DNA of 64,000 nucleotides, taken from the NCBI GenBank assembly GCA_947491825.1, contig CANLLM010000002.1, positions 10,503-74,502 of the forward strand, written 5' to 3'. Of this stretch, positions 50,965 through 60,619 are shown piece by piece. Source of the DNA: Bacteroidota bacterium. Lineage in GTDB: Bacteria; Bacteroidota; Bacteroidia; UKL13-3. The position numbers and the translations under genes are program-made. Below the pieces are notes generated by a model. The model saw nothing but the letters and a program-made list of their open reading frames with translations. It was not told where the DNA came from and did not search any database. Numbering within the stretch: the first letter of the stretch is position 1; each line of letters begins with the position of its first letter.

Positions 50965-52734
50965 ATGACTATGCCAACCAAAAAACTGATTAGCAACGAA
51001 GCAGTGAGCAAAGGATTAAAACTGCAAAAACTGAAGTTAACCTCGCTAGCTCCATTGATTATAAAAGCATTGAAACTTGAGAAAGTAAATCAATTATATG
51101 CAAACCATGCTGATACAAAAGGAATGGAGTTTGCTGATGAAATATTAAACGAACTCAAGGTAGCTTATGAATTTAATCCCGAAGAGCTAAAAAATATACC
51201 ACAGCATGAACCATTTATTGTAGTAGCTAATCACCCATATGGTGGTATAGATGGTTTGATGCTATTGCGTTTACTTACGCAAGCTAGGCCTGATTTTAAG
51301 ATTATGGCCAATTTAATATTGCAACTTATACCCGCATTAAAAGAAAACTTTATAACAGTTAACCCTTTCGAAACAAGCAATAAAACTGGGATAAACATTA
51401 GTGGCATTAAAAAATGTTTACAAGCTTTAAAAGAAGGTCATCCGATAGGTATATTTCCAGCAGGTGAGGTTTCATCACTGAAATTAAACACTTTGAAAAT
51501 TAGCGATAAACTATGGAATCCTGTTGTAGGTAAAATGATTTTAAAGGCGCAAGTTAAAGTTGTTCCTGTTTATTTTAGCGGGCATAACAGCATCGCATTT
51601 AATTTACTTGGATTAGTTCATCCAGCTTTGCGTACAGCCAAATTACCATCAGAATTATTCAATAAGACCAACGAAAAAATACAAATACGCATTGGAAAAC
51701 CAATAAATGTAAAAACCATTAATGAATTAAATAATCCAAGTGAATTGCTGCGATTTTTACGTGCAAAAACATATGCTTTAGAATCATCATTAGAAATTGA
51801 ACACCAATCTTTTATTTCTAAATTAAAATTTAAGAAACCTGATGAGCCTCATCCAATCATTAGTGAAACACCAACGCAACTTATTGAGCAAGACTTAGCG
51901 CAATTAACTGAGAAGAGCTTGCTATTAACCCATGATCATTTCAAAGTATACATTACCGGGGCAAGAAATATACCAAGTGTATTAAGGGAGATATCGAGAT
52001 TAAGGGAAATTACTTTTAGAGAAATAGGTGAAGGCACAAACCAAAGTTGCGATACAGATGAATATGACTTAACCTACAAACACTTGTTTATTTGGGATGA
52101 AGAACACAAAAAAATTGCAGGAGCATACCGTATTGGATTAGGTGATGTATTGCACAGACGTTACAAGAAAAAAGGATTTTACCTGAATGAATTGTTTAAA
52201 ATACATAAAAACTTTAGCCCAATATTAAAAAATAGTTTAGAGTTAGGAAGATCATTTATTACAAAGGAATACCAACGTAAACCTTTTAGTTTGATGTTAC
52301 TTTGGAAAGGTGTTACAACCTTTTTAAAGCGTAATCCCAATCGGTATCAATACCTGATAGGACCAGTAAGTATAAGCAATAGTTTTTCGTCTTTATCAAA
52401 GGATTTATTGGTAGATTTTATCAGTAAAAACCATCATGATAAGAAATTATCAGAATATGTAAAACCACGTAAAATATACAAATATTTGCATAAAGGTGAA
52501 GGTGAGGCATTAAAAGACATGTCGAATAACGATATTAAAGTTCTTGATAACATAATATCTGATATTGAAGTGGCCCAGACAAAAATTCCGGTATTACTTA
52601 AAAAGTATTTAAAGCAAAATGCCAAAATCATAGCGTTTAACATAGACCCTAAATTTAATAACTCACTTGATGGTTTTTTGGTGATGAAGATTAGTGATAT
52701 ACCTGAAGATACTTTTGAAATGATGATGAGGTAA
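50965..52734 (+). CDS. Bifunctional acyltransferase: N-terminal PlsC-type lysophospholipid acyltransferase + C-terminal GNAT/OlsB-like N-acyltransferase (OlsF-like aminolipid synthase)
   Basis: The N-terminal 'VVANHPYGGIDG' and 'IFPAGEVS' are acyltransferase blocks. The C-terminal ~300 aa resembles hemolysin-like GNAT N-acyltransferases. The domain order matches OlsF-type enzymes. Confidence 0.65.
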   Translation: MTMPTKKLISNEAVSKGLKLQKLKLTSLAPLIIKALKLEKVNQLYANHADTKGMEFADEILNELKVAYEFNPEELKNIPQHEPFIVVANHPYGGIDGLMLLRLLTQARPDFKIMANLILQLIPALKENFITVNPFETSNKTGINISGIKKCLQALKEGHPIGIFPAGEVSSLKLNTLKISDKLWNPVVGKMILKAQVKVVPVYFSGHNSIAFNLLGLVHPALRTAKLPSELFNKTNEKIQIRIGKPINVKTINELNNPSELLRFLRAKTYALESSLEIEHQSFISKLKFKKPDEPHPIISETPTQLIEQDLAQLTEKSLLLTHDHFKVYITGARNIPSVLREISRLREITFREIGEGTNQSCDTDEYDLTYKHLFIWDEEHKKIAGAYRIGLGDVLHRRYKKKGFYLNELFKIHKNFSPILKNSLELGRSFITKEYQRKPFSLMLLWKGVTTFLKRNPNRYQYLIGPVSISNSFSSLSKDLLVDFISKNHHDKKLSEYVKPRKIYKYLHKGEGEALKDMSNNDIKVLDNIISDIEVAQTKIPVLLKKYLKQNAKIIAFNIDPKFNNSLDGFLVMKISDIPEDTFEMMMR

Positions 52735-52920
52735 TTATTGTTGTTTTGATTGAATCAAGTTAAAATGGCATAAAGCAAACCAAAATGAATAGTATCAAAA
52801 TCAGCGAAAATCAATTCAATAACTTAGACTTGGTTTTAGGCTATACGCGCCATACTTTCATGAAATTAATAATCAGCATATCGTTTTAATTATTCAATTT
52901 GATTAAATAAGAAAGGTCGG

Positions 52921-52944
52921 TAAAAACCGACCTTTATAAAATAT
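52921..52944 (-). terminator. Rho-independent terminator after the aldolase gene
   Basis: Perfect 10-bp stem aaaggtcggt / accgaccttt with a 4-nt loop, 14 nt beyond the stop of the minus-strand gene. Confidence 0.7.
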
Positions 52945-52957
52945 GCTTCATCAAAAA

Positions 52958-53614
52958 TTAGCTGTTCGCTTTTTTGTGATCGGCCAAAAATTGTGCTAAG
53001 CCTTTATCCGTTAACGGATGGTTTAACAATGCTAAAATAGCGCTTAATGGGCTAGTAATAACATGTGCACCATATTGTGCCGATTTAATAATATGAATTG
53101 GATTACGGATAGATGCCGCTAAAATTTGCGTTTGATAACCTTGCACTGCAAATATTTGAGAAATCTCCGCAATTAACTGCATACCATCATAGCTAATATC
53201 ATCTAATCTTCCAACAAATGGAGAGATGTAAGTAGCTCCAGCTTTTGCAGCTAAAATGGCTTGCCCAGAGCTAAAAATTAAAGTACAGTTGGTACGAATA
53301 CCTTTTGATGAAAAATACTTAATGGCTTTAATCCCATCTTTAATCATAGGGATTTTAACCACAATGTTTTGGTGCAATGCTGCAAGTTTTTCGCCTTCAG
53401 CAATCATACCTTCATAATCAGTGCTAATCACTTCTGCACTTACATCACCATCAACAATATTACAAATATCAACATAGTGTTTTAAAATGGCTGCTTCGCC
53501 CGCAATGCCTTCTTTAGCCATTAAAGAAGGATTGGTGGTAACACCATCTAAAATCCCAAGGTCGTTTGCCTCAGTTATTTGAGCTAAATTGGCTGTATCA
53601 ATAAAAAATTTCAT
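52958..53614 (-). CDS. Fructose-6-phosphate aldolase / short transaldolase family protein
   Basis: '[10 protein letters not shown]', 'GVTTNPSL' and a Schiff-base Lys context 'IVVKIPM'. Size is 218 aa. Confidence 0.92.
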   Translation of the reverse strand: MKFFIDTANLAQITEANDLGILDGVTTNPSLMAKEGIAGEAAILKHYVDICNIVDGDVSAEVISTDYEGMIAEGEKLAALHQNIVVKIPMIKDGIKAIKYFSSKGIRTNCTLIFSSGQAILAAKAGATYISPFVGRLDDISYDGMQLIAEISQIFAVQGYQTQILAASIRNPIHIIKSAQYGAHVITSPLSAILALLNHPLTDKGLAQFLADHKKANS

Positions 53615-53675
53615 TCAGATTAAATTTGCATGCAAGATTAAGGTATTTAGACGTATAATTATAATTATTTTGAAC

Positions 53676-54257
53676 ATGACAGATAAAGCGTTTTGGGAAA
53701 CCAAGTGGCAACAAGGCCAAACTGGGTGGGATTTAAAAGGCGTTTCGCCCGTTATAAAAGTTTACATTGATCAATTAACCAATAAAAATTTACGGATATT
53801 AATTCCGGGATGCGGCAATGCATACGAGGCTGAATATTTGCTGCAACAAGGATTTAATCAGGTTTCGGTAATTGATATTGCCCCTACCTTAACCCAACAA
53901 CTTAGTGCAAAACTAAAGGAATTTATTAAAGCTGATAAACTCCACGTTTTTTGCAATGATTTTTTTGAGCACAAGGCACAATATGATTTAATTATTGAAC
54001 AAACATTTTTTTGTGCCATCAACCCAAAATTAAGAGCCGATTATGCAAAGCACATGCATGAACTGCTTACACCCAAAGGCAAACTAGTAGGTTTATTGTT
54101 TAACACCAACTTTGATGGTGGCCCACCATTTGGTGGCAATACCACAGAATACGAAACCTATTTTAAACCTTACTTCAAGCAGATCAGTTTTATACCAAGT
54201 TTAAATTCTGTAACGCCACGTGCAAGTAAGGAAGTTTGGATGGAAGTAGAAAAATAA
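53676..54257 (+). CDS. SAM-dependent methyltransferase, TPMT-like family
   Basis: 'FWETKWQQGQTGWDL' is a Trp-rich TPMT-type N-terminus, and 'ILIPGCGNAYE' is SAM motif I. The ATG at 53676 avoids overlap with the divergent gene. Confidence 0.75.
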   Translation: MTDKAFWETKWQQGQTGWDLKGVSPVIKVYIDQLTNKNLRILIPGCGNAYEAEYLLQQGFNQVSVIDIAPTLTQQLSAKLKEFIKADKLHVFCNDFFEHKAQYDLIIEQTFFCAINPKLRADYAKHMHELLTPKGKLVGLLFNTNFDGGPPFGGNTTEYETYFKPYFKQISFIPSLNSVTPRASKEVWMEVEK

Positions 54258-54303
54258 AAAAAACGAACCTAATTTTCCAGATTCGCTTTTTAATAAAAAC
54301 TAA

Positions 54304-56685
54304 TTATAATTTAACTCCCAACCCAATATACCATATACGTCCTTCAGCAGGTAATAACCCAGGACCTGGATATCCACCAGATCTGCGTGTGAAGTATTTG
54401 ACATTAAAAATATTATTTATACCTCCACTAATTTGATAAGATTTTTTAATCATCAATTGAAACGACCAATCAGCCACTTGGTAACTTGGTATTAAACCTG
54501 CTGTAGCAATCGCATTGGGTTTAGTTGTATTGAATGCATCAGCAAACGCATCACCCACCATACTATATTGTACTGATGTAGTTAATATTTTGTAACGGTA
54601 AGTTATGCCAAAACGGTGAATGTACTTTGGAGCGTTCTCAACACGTTTTCCGATAAGATTTTTACTCAAGTCTGGATCATTCCATGTAATATACTCAGCT
54701 TGCGTAAAGGCCAATGCTGCAAATACATTAATATGACCTCCTTTAAAAGATTTAAATAAATTTGTTGGCGATCCTTCTACGTAACCCTCAATACCTTTAC
54801 TTTCTGAAGCACCAATATTGGTGCGGTAATTTTTACCATTAACGGTATAACTTCCAATTCTGTCTCCGTAACACATAAAATAAGTACTCACATCAAAACT
54901 TACTAATCTACCTAAGCTACCACGATATCCTAAATCGAAGTTATAACCTGATGCATCCTTTAGATTAGGGTTAATAGAATCGGTTGTAGTTACAGATATA
55001 TCGCTAAATAATACAGGACGGTAACCTTGCGTAATATTTACATATACATTAGTATTACTAGTAACTTTATACTGTAAACCTATGCCTAACAATACTAAAC
55101 TGCGGTTACTTTCGCGATTAACATTTTTAGCATCTAATATACCAGATGCTTTATTTTTTAAATACTCGTAACGTAATCCTGGAGTAATGATTAACCGTTT
55201 ATTGATGTTAAATAAATGCTCGGTAAAAAAGGCCACATTTTGGGTGTTAAAAGTTAAGTCACGGCTTAGTGTACTTTGTTCTATCGACAAACTGTATTCA
55301 GTTCCGTGGTTACCAAACTTATTTTGAATTCTATCCGTATTGCCTTCATAATATCTGGCACCAATAGCAAGTGATTGCTTTTGTTTACCAATACGGTACG
55401 TAAACAAATGACGGGCTTCAAGACCATTATTGTAGTACTTATCCTGATCAACCACACGCAGCGCATACAGACTATTAGCGTCTATGCCATCAACTGTATT
55501 TATGGCATTCATAAAACCAATACTTGATCGTTCACCCATTAACCCAAAAGCTTTTATATTTAATTTGTTGTTGCTATTTATTTGATAATCGAAATTTAAT
55601 GCAGCAATGTTCCATATCAATTTAAACCAATTTCGGCTACGGATGGATTGTTGGGCATCCGCTTGATACATTGAATCGGTTAGTCCACCGGGTTGTTGCA
55701 CCAGTTGATCCATACGCGTATACTCGACATTAATGGTGCTTTTTTTGGTGAGTTGGTAACCTAAATTAACATACCCATTCCAAGTTTCATACTCATTATT
55801 TTTTCTCCAACCATCAGACCTGCGGTAATTCATATTAGTATAATAGCTAAACTTTTTATAGTTACCACCTATGGCATTAAAAGAACTATACATACCGAAA
55901 CTTCCAAGCGTTTGTATACTTTCAACACCAAACTTTTTTCCACTAATCGATCGTTTTTTAATGTAATTAATTACCCCACCAAATTGGGGGCCATACTGTA
56001 AAGATGCAGCTCCTCTAATCACTTCAATTCTATCTAGCGATTCAACAGAAGGAGTGTAATAGGATTCTGGATATCCGAAAGGATCGGCTGCTATATCATA
56101 ACCATTTTGCCGGGTATTAAACTCCCACATTCTATTTGGGCTCAATCCCCTTGAAGCAACACCCATTTGCACACCACTACCATCACTCTCCCAAATATGC
56201 ATCCCAGGTACTTTTGCAAATAATTGTCGCGAGTTGTTTTGCGCAAGGTTGGCAGTCGCATTAGATAAGCGAATAACCTCTGTTTTTTTTCCAGCATAAA
56301 TCACATTATCTTTTATTTCGGGCATACGCTCAATGCCTTTGTTTATGATTTGATCTTTTATTTCCACTTCAGGCAATTGAATATTACTTCGTAAAACAAT
56401 ATTCCCTAAGTCTATATCCTTAGTTTCATCTTTTATCGTAAAAAAACTCAAAGTAACCAACTGTCCACCTACTTCTGTTTTTAACTCGTAGTTTCCTTTT
56501 AAAAGATATTGAAACACAAATACGCCAAAAACATTTGTTATGGTTTGAACACCATTAGTCAAGTACAACATTTTGTTAGGCTGCGCCACTAAACTGTCGT
56601 TAACCAAAATGCCTTTAACATTGGCAGCATTTATTGAACTAAATACCAATGCCAATAGTACGAGAACAAATACACCTTTCTTCAT
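54304..56685 (-). CDS. TonB-dependent receptor with CarboxypepD_reg-like N-terminal domain
   Basis: Signal peptide, then an N-terminal ~85-aa Ig-like region (…GNYELKTEVGG…). Plug domain 'IEVIRGAASLQYGPQFGGVINYI', followed by a long beta-barrel region. Confidence 0.9.
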   Translation of the reverse strand: MKKGVFVLVLLALVFSSINAANVKGILVNDSLVAQPNKMLYLTNGVQTITNVFGVFVFQYLLKGNYELKTEVGGQLVTLSFFTIKDETKDIDLGNIVLRSNIQLPEVEIKDQIINKGIERMPEIKDNVIYAGKKTEVIRLSNATANLAQNNSRQLFAKVPGMHIWESDGSGVQMGVASRGLSPNRMWEFNTRQNGYDIAADPFGYPESYYTPSVESLDRIEVIRGAASLQYGPQFGGVINYIKKRSISGKKFGVESIQTLGSFGMYSSFNAIGGNYKKFSYYTNMNYRRSDGWRKNNEYETWNGYVNLGYQLTKKSTINVEYTRMDQLVQQPGGLTDSMYQADAQQSIRSRNWFKLIWNIAALNFDYQINSNNKLNIKAFGLMGERSSIGFMNAINTVDGIDANSLYALRVVDQDKYYNNGLEARHLFTYRIGKQKQSLAIGARYYEGNTDRIQNKFGNHGTEYSLSIEQSTLSRDLTFNTQNVAFFTEHLFNINKRLIITPGLRYEYLKNKASGILDAKNVNRESNRSLVLLGIGLQYKVTSNTNVYVNITQGYRPVLFSDISVTTTDSINPNLKDASGYNFDLGYRGSLGRLVSFDVSTYFMCYGDRIGSYTVNGKNYRTNIGASESKGIEGYVEGSPTNLFKSFKGGHINVFAALAFTQAEYITWNDPDLSKNLIGKRVENAPKYIHRFGITYRYKILTTSVQYSMVGDAFADAFNTTKPNAIATAGLIPSYQVADWSFQLMIKKSYQISGGINNIFNVKYFTRRSGGYPGPGLLPAEGRIWYIGLGVKL

Positions 56686-56692
56686 AAAGATA

Positions 56693-56777
56693 AATTCGAT
56701 TTAAGTAGGGCAAATATATCTAAAATAGATTTAGTCTAAATAAGAGCAGGCGTGATATTTATCAGTTAAATCGAATT
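56693..56777 (-). repeat. 12-bp perfect inverted repeat bracketing 61 nt in the TonB-dependent receptor leader
   Basis: AATTCGATTTAA (56693-56704) is the exact reverse complement of TTAAATCGAATT (56766-56777). The proximal arm ends 7 nt upstream of the receptor ATG at 56685. Confidence 0.8.
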
Positions 56778-56791
56778 CCCGGAAATAAATA

Positions 56792-56821
56792 AAGCCGCGA
56801 ATAACAAGTTACTCGCGGCTT
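56792..56821 (-). terminator. Rho-independent terminator after the TerB-like gene
   Basis: Stem aagccgcga / tcgcggctt (9 bp) with a 12-nt loop, followed on the minus strand by TTATTTATTT. Confidence 0.7.
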
Positions 56822-56845
56822 AACTAAAAGAAATAAAATATATGC

Positions 56846-57211
56846 TTATTCAATATCCCAAGTATCGTATAAGATGTTAATCAATTTATTTTCTATTGAT
56901 TGCATATCGTCATCAGCCATCGCAACTTCCATTGCAAAGTGAGTAAGCGTATGACGTTCATCTTGGTTGCTGATGGTATAAAAATGTTCAGCAGTTTCAC
57001 AGAAATGTTTCTCATGCTCCTCTGCAGGCAGTGCCCTTAAAAAAGCTTGCTCTCTTATCAAATCTAATTGTCCATCAAAATGATCATTTAAAAAATCTAT
57101 CACAACAGCACTTTCTGATTGTTGCACTTTTCCATCGGCCAATGACAATAGCATCAACATATGAAATCCTGCCTCTACTTTACTCATTTTATTTATAAAC
57201 TGCGTTTGCAT
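56846..57211 (-). CDS. Small helical protein, TerB-like (weak call)
   Basis: 'GFHMLMLLSLADGKVQQSESAVVIDFL' resembles the TerB-type 'aDG.....E' helix pair. Size is 121 aa, with no other motif. Confidence 0.4.
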   Translation of the reverse strand: MQTQFINKMSKVEAGFHMLMLLSLADGKVQQSESAVVIDFLNDHFDGQLDLIREQAFLRALPAEEHEKHFCETAEHFYTISNQDERHTLTHFAMEVAMADDDMQSIENKLINILYDTWDIE

Positions 57212-57274
57212 AACTGTACTTTTAAACCAAGAAGGAAGGTAAAATATAATTTCTAATCAAACAAATTAATGCGA

Positions 57275-57709
57275 TTAATTTTTGGTTGTATGAATAATAA
57301 TTTCAGCTTTTCGGTAATTAATAACGGCTTTAAACTTCATGAAAAAATCACTGCCAAGAACACCATCAATTGCTGGTAAATTTATTTGTTTGTAGGTTTG
57401 ATTTACATGGCCAATTGGCAAAACTGCAACATCTAATTTATTTAAAGAGAGTTTACCAATAGTTATATTTTTTAATTTAACAACTTTGGTTTCCATTTCG
57501 GCCACTCCTAAACCGACAGATTTACTATCGTTATTTTTGATCTTTTTCTCATGAACGAATTGCAAAACACGTTCACTATCAAAAACAGTTTTACTTGCTC
57601 CGGTATCTATCAGTAAACGTGCAGTTTGATTGCCAATTTTGAGTGTAACAAACAAGTGATAGTTCTTCTTCTCCAACTCACATATCTCTATTTTAATTTT
57701 ATACTTCAT
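57275..57709 (-). CDS. Retropepsin-like (clan AA) aspartic protease
   Basis: Single 'LLIDTGASKTV' (D-T-G-A) active-site motif and a later 'GVLGSDFF' flap/dimer motif. The 144-aa size fits a homodimeric retropepsin fold. Confidence 0.7.
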   Translation of the reverse strand: MKYKIKIEICELEKKNYHLFVTLKIGNQTARLLIDTGASKTVFDSERVLQFVHEKKIKNNDSKSVGLGVAEMETKVVKLKNITIGKLSLNKLDVAVLPIGHVNQTYKQINLPAIDGVLGSDFFMKFKAVINYRKAEIIIHTTKN

Positions 57710-57732
57710 ACATTAACCGCAGTGTTAAAAAC

Positions 57733-57763
57733 AAAGAGACGCTTCATATTGAAACGTCTCTTT
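57733..57763 (-). terminator. Rho-independent terminator after mdh
   Basis: Stem aaagagacg / cgtctcttt (9 bp) with a 13-nt loop, followed on the minus strand by GTTTTT. Confidence 0.7.
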
Positions 57764-57796
57764 AATAATGATTAGTCAAATAATTTATTTTTAGTA

Positions 57797-58738
57797 TTAC
57801 AAAATACCTGTTTCGGTAAGTACTGCATTCATACTGCGAACTGCATCAGCGCTTTTAGCAAATTCAGCTTTTTCAGCATCATTTAGGTTGTAATCAACTA
57901 TTGCTTCCCAACCGTTTTTACCAATAGTAACAGGAACGCCCAAGCAAATATCTTTTTGACCGTATTCGCCATCTAGGTATACACAGCAAGGCATTACACG
58001 TTTTTGATCGCGCACAATACTCTCTACCAAAAAGGCACTTGCCGCTCCTGGTGCATACCATGCAGAGGTACCTAATAATTTAGTTAAGGTAGCACCACCA
58101 ACCATCGTTGCATCACTGATTTCTTTTAATTGATCAGCGCTTAATTGGTTTGAAACCGACACACCGTTTAACGTAGCTAAACGAGTTAATGGAATCATTG
58201 TAGTATCGCCATGGCCACCAATAACTGTACCTTGAATATCAGCAGTTGGTTGGTTTAAAGCTAAACCCAAATAACCTTTAAAACGTGCGCTATCCAATAA
58301 ACCACCCATACCAATGATGCGATTTTTTGGTATACCACTTGCTTTAAGTGCAAGGTAAGTCATCGTATCCATTGGGTTTGATACCACTACTATAATTGCA
58401 TTTGGAGAATGTTTCAACACGTTTTCAGTAACGGTTTTAACAATATTAGCATTCGTACCGATTAACTCTTCACGAGTCATACCCGGTTTACGAGGAATAC
58501 CCGAAGTAATAACTACCACATCCGAGTTAGCTGTTTTGCTATAATCATTTGTGGTACCGCTAACGCGTGTTTTCATGCCTAATAAAGAAGTGGTTTGATA
58601 AATATCTAAAGCTTTACCCTCAGCAAAACCTTCTTTCACATCTAATAATATTACTTCGTCTGCTAACTCGCGGTAAGCAATAACATCAGCAGTTGTGGCA
58701 CCAACTGCACCTGCTCCGATAACTGATACTTTTGTCAT
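57797..58738 (-). CDS. mdh: Malate dehydrogenase (LDH-like family)
   Basis: 'KVSVIGAGAVG' NAD fold, 'GIPRKPGMTREEL' substrate loop with Arg, 'GGHGDTM'. Confidence 0.93.
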   Translation of the reverse strand: MTKVSVIGAGAVGATTADVIAYRELADEVILLDVKEGFAEGKALDIYQTTSLLGMKTRVSGTTNDYSKTANSDVVVITSGIPRKPGMTREELIGTNANIVKTVTENVLKHSPNAIIVVVSNPMDTMTYLALKASGIPKNRIIGMGGLLDSARFKGYLGLALNQPTADIQGTVIGGHGDTTMIPLTRLATLNGVSVSNQLSADQLKEISDATMVGGATLTKLLGTSAWYAPGAASAFLVESIVRDQKRVMPCCVYLDGEYGQKDICLGVPVTIGKNGWEAIVDYNLNDAEKAEFAKSADAVRSMNAVLTETGIL

Positions 58739-58903
58739 GTTTTATATATGATTATTTAAATTGTTTAACTTTTAAAGTGCTGCGAAAATACGCATGCTAA
58801 GCAGAATCCAAAATGATAGTTTTCAGTATTTAAAGTATTTTCGTTTGCGTGTTTTTAAGTTGATGGATACCAAGCAAAATAAAGTTTTGATCATCCATAC
58901 TTA

Positions 58904-59560
58904 CTAATCAATGCTCATTTCTTTCACATCATCGGCAACAACCAAGCGGCCTAACGTTTTTTCTTTAATGTAGTCTAAACTTACACCCGTAGCGTATTCA
59001 ATACATTTAAATCCTACTGATGTGATATCAAACACCCCTAACTCGGTAACTACTTTTTTTACGCAACCTAAACCGGTAATGGGTAAACTGCATTTACTTA
59101 GCAATTTACTTTCGCCTGATTTGTTTACATGTTGCATGGCTACAATAATATTTTTCGCACTGGCTACCAAATCCATAGCACCACCCATTCCTTTAACCAT
59201 TTTACCCGGAATTTTCCAATTGGCAATGTCTCCATTATCTGCCACTTCCATAGCGCCTAACACGGTTAAATCTACACGTCCGCTACGAATCATACCAAAA
59301 CTCATGGCACTATCAAAAAAGCTGGAGCCTTTTGCAATAGTCACGGTTTGTTTGCCTGCATTAATTAAATCGGCATCTACATCTTCTTCAAAAGGAAAAG
59401 GACCAATACCCAATAAACCATTTTCTGACTGCAAGATTACCTCAATACCTTGGGGTACATAATTGGCCACCAATGTAGGAATACCAATACCCAAGTTTAC
59501 ATAGTAACCATCTTGTAATTCTTTTGCGATACGTTTCGCTATACCAAATTTATCCAGCAT
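58904..59560 (-). CDS. scoB: 3-oxoacid CoA-transferase subunit B
   Basis: Catalytic-Glu motif 'LQSENGLLGIGP'. Size is 218 aa, adjacent to subunit A. Confidence 0.92.
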   Translation of the reverse strand: MLDKFGIAKRIAKELQDGYYVNLGIGIPTLVANYVPQGIEVILQSENGLLGIGPFPFEEDVDADLINAGKQTVTIAKGSSFFDSAMSFGMIRSGRVDLTVLGAMEVADNGDIANWKIPGKMVKGMGGAMDLVASAKNIIVAMQHVNKSGESKLLSKCSLPITGLGCVKKVVTELGVFDITSVGFKCIEYATGVSLDYIKEKTLGRLVVADDVKEMSID

Positions 59561-59578
59561 GTTATTGTTTGTTAATAT

Positions 59579-60277
59579 TTAGCGTTTGGTTACGGTAACT
59601 TGCTCAATGCGTTTTTCGTAATGAACACCTTTAAAAATTCGGTTGACATAAATACCGGGTGTATGAATCATATCGGGATCTAAATCTCCAGGCTGAACCA
59701 ACTCCTCTACTTCTACAATGGTGATTTTTCCTGCCATTGCCATAAGTGGATTAAAATTACGTGAGGTAGCGCGGAAAATTAAATTCCCATTTGTATCACC
59801 CTTCCATGCTTTAACTATAGCAAAATCGCTTTTAAAGGCATGTTCCATTAAATAGGTTTTACCATCAAACTCACGCGTTTCTTTGCCTTCGGCCACTTCT
59901 GTACCAACTCCAGCTGGTGTATAGATTGCAGGTATTCCATAGCCTGCAGCCATGCAACGCGTTGCTAAGGTTCCCTGGGGGATTAACTCCACTTCTAGCT
60001 CACCACTTAACAACTGCCGTTCGAACTCCGCATTTTCGCCAACATAAGAAGCAATCATTTTTTTTACTTGACGTGTTTTGAGCATCAATCCAATTCCGAA
60101 ATCATCAACCCCAGCATTGTTACTTATGCAGGTTAAGTTTTTTACGCCTTTATTAACCAATGCCTTTATACTATTCTCCGGTATACCACACAAGCCAAAT
60201 CCACCCAGCATAATGGTGGCTCCATCAGTAATATCTACAATTGCCTCTTCAGCATTTTTTACAACTTTTTTTAACAT
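59579..60277 (-). CDS. scoA: 3-oxoacid CoA-transferase subunit A
   Basis: 'GGFGLCGIPEN' motif. Size is 232 aa. Confidence 0.92.
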   Translation of the reverse strand: MLKKVVKNAEEAIVDITDGATIMLGGFGLCGIPENSIKALVNKGVKNLTCISNNAGVDDFGIGLMLKTRQVKKMIASYVGENAEFERQLLSGELEVELIPQGTLATRCMAAGYGIPAIYTPAGVGTEVAEGKETREFDGKTYLMEHAFKSDFAIVKAWKGDTNGNLIFRATSRNFNPLMAMAGKITIVEVEELVQPGDLDPDMIHTPGIYVNRIFKGVHYEKRIEQVTVTKR

Positions 60278-60334
60278 GTGTTTTGTTTTAAAAACCTATA
60301 ATGACGAATAATTATGCCATTGAAATATGGGTAA

Positions 60335-60613
60335 TTAATCGCCTATGGTTGCGTTTAAACCTTCATCAAGTAATGCTTGGCACATAGCTATTAAATCGCC
60401 ACGAGCACCTGTTTTAACAGTGGCTTTACCCTTGGTGTGAACCAACAAAGCACATTGTTCTGCTTGCAACTCATCGTGTTTGCAAATACGCACCAAACAA
60501 TCAATTACATGATCGAAAGTATTGATATCGTCATTATGTAAAACTAACTTCTGACGATCGGTAACTTCGTCTAAAACTTCAGCTAATTCTTCTTCAATTA
60601 AAAACTCTCTCAT
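60335..60613 (-). CDS. clpS: ATP-dependent Clp protease adaptor ClpS
   Basis: 'LVLHNDDINTFDHVIDCLVRICKH…EQCALLVHTKGKA' is the ClpS core pattern. Size is 92 aa. Confidence 0.88.
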   Translation of the reverse strand: MREFLIEEELAEVLDEVTDRQKLVLHNDDINTFDHVIDCLVRICKHDELQAEQCALLVHTKGKATVKTGARGDLIAMCQALLDEGLNATIGD

Positions 60614-60619
60614 AATGCA

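Noticed and set aside
52785-52886. 33-aa ORF (MNSIKISENQFNNLDLVLGYTRHTFMKLIISISF) in the 223-nt spacer after the OlsF-like gene
   Set aside because: It has no ribosome-binding context I can judge, no recognisable peptide class, and no neighbouring maturation genes. It is likely a chance ORF.
59022-59462. 146-aa plus-strand ORF
   Set aside because: It lies fully inside scoB on the opposite strand and has no recognisable domain. It is a shadow ORF.
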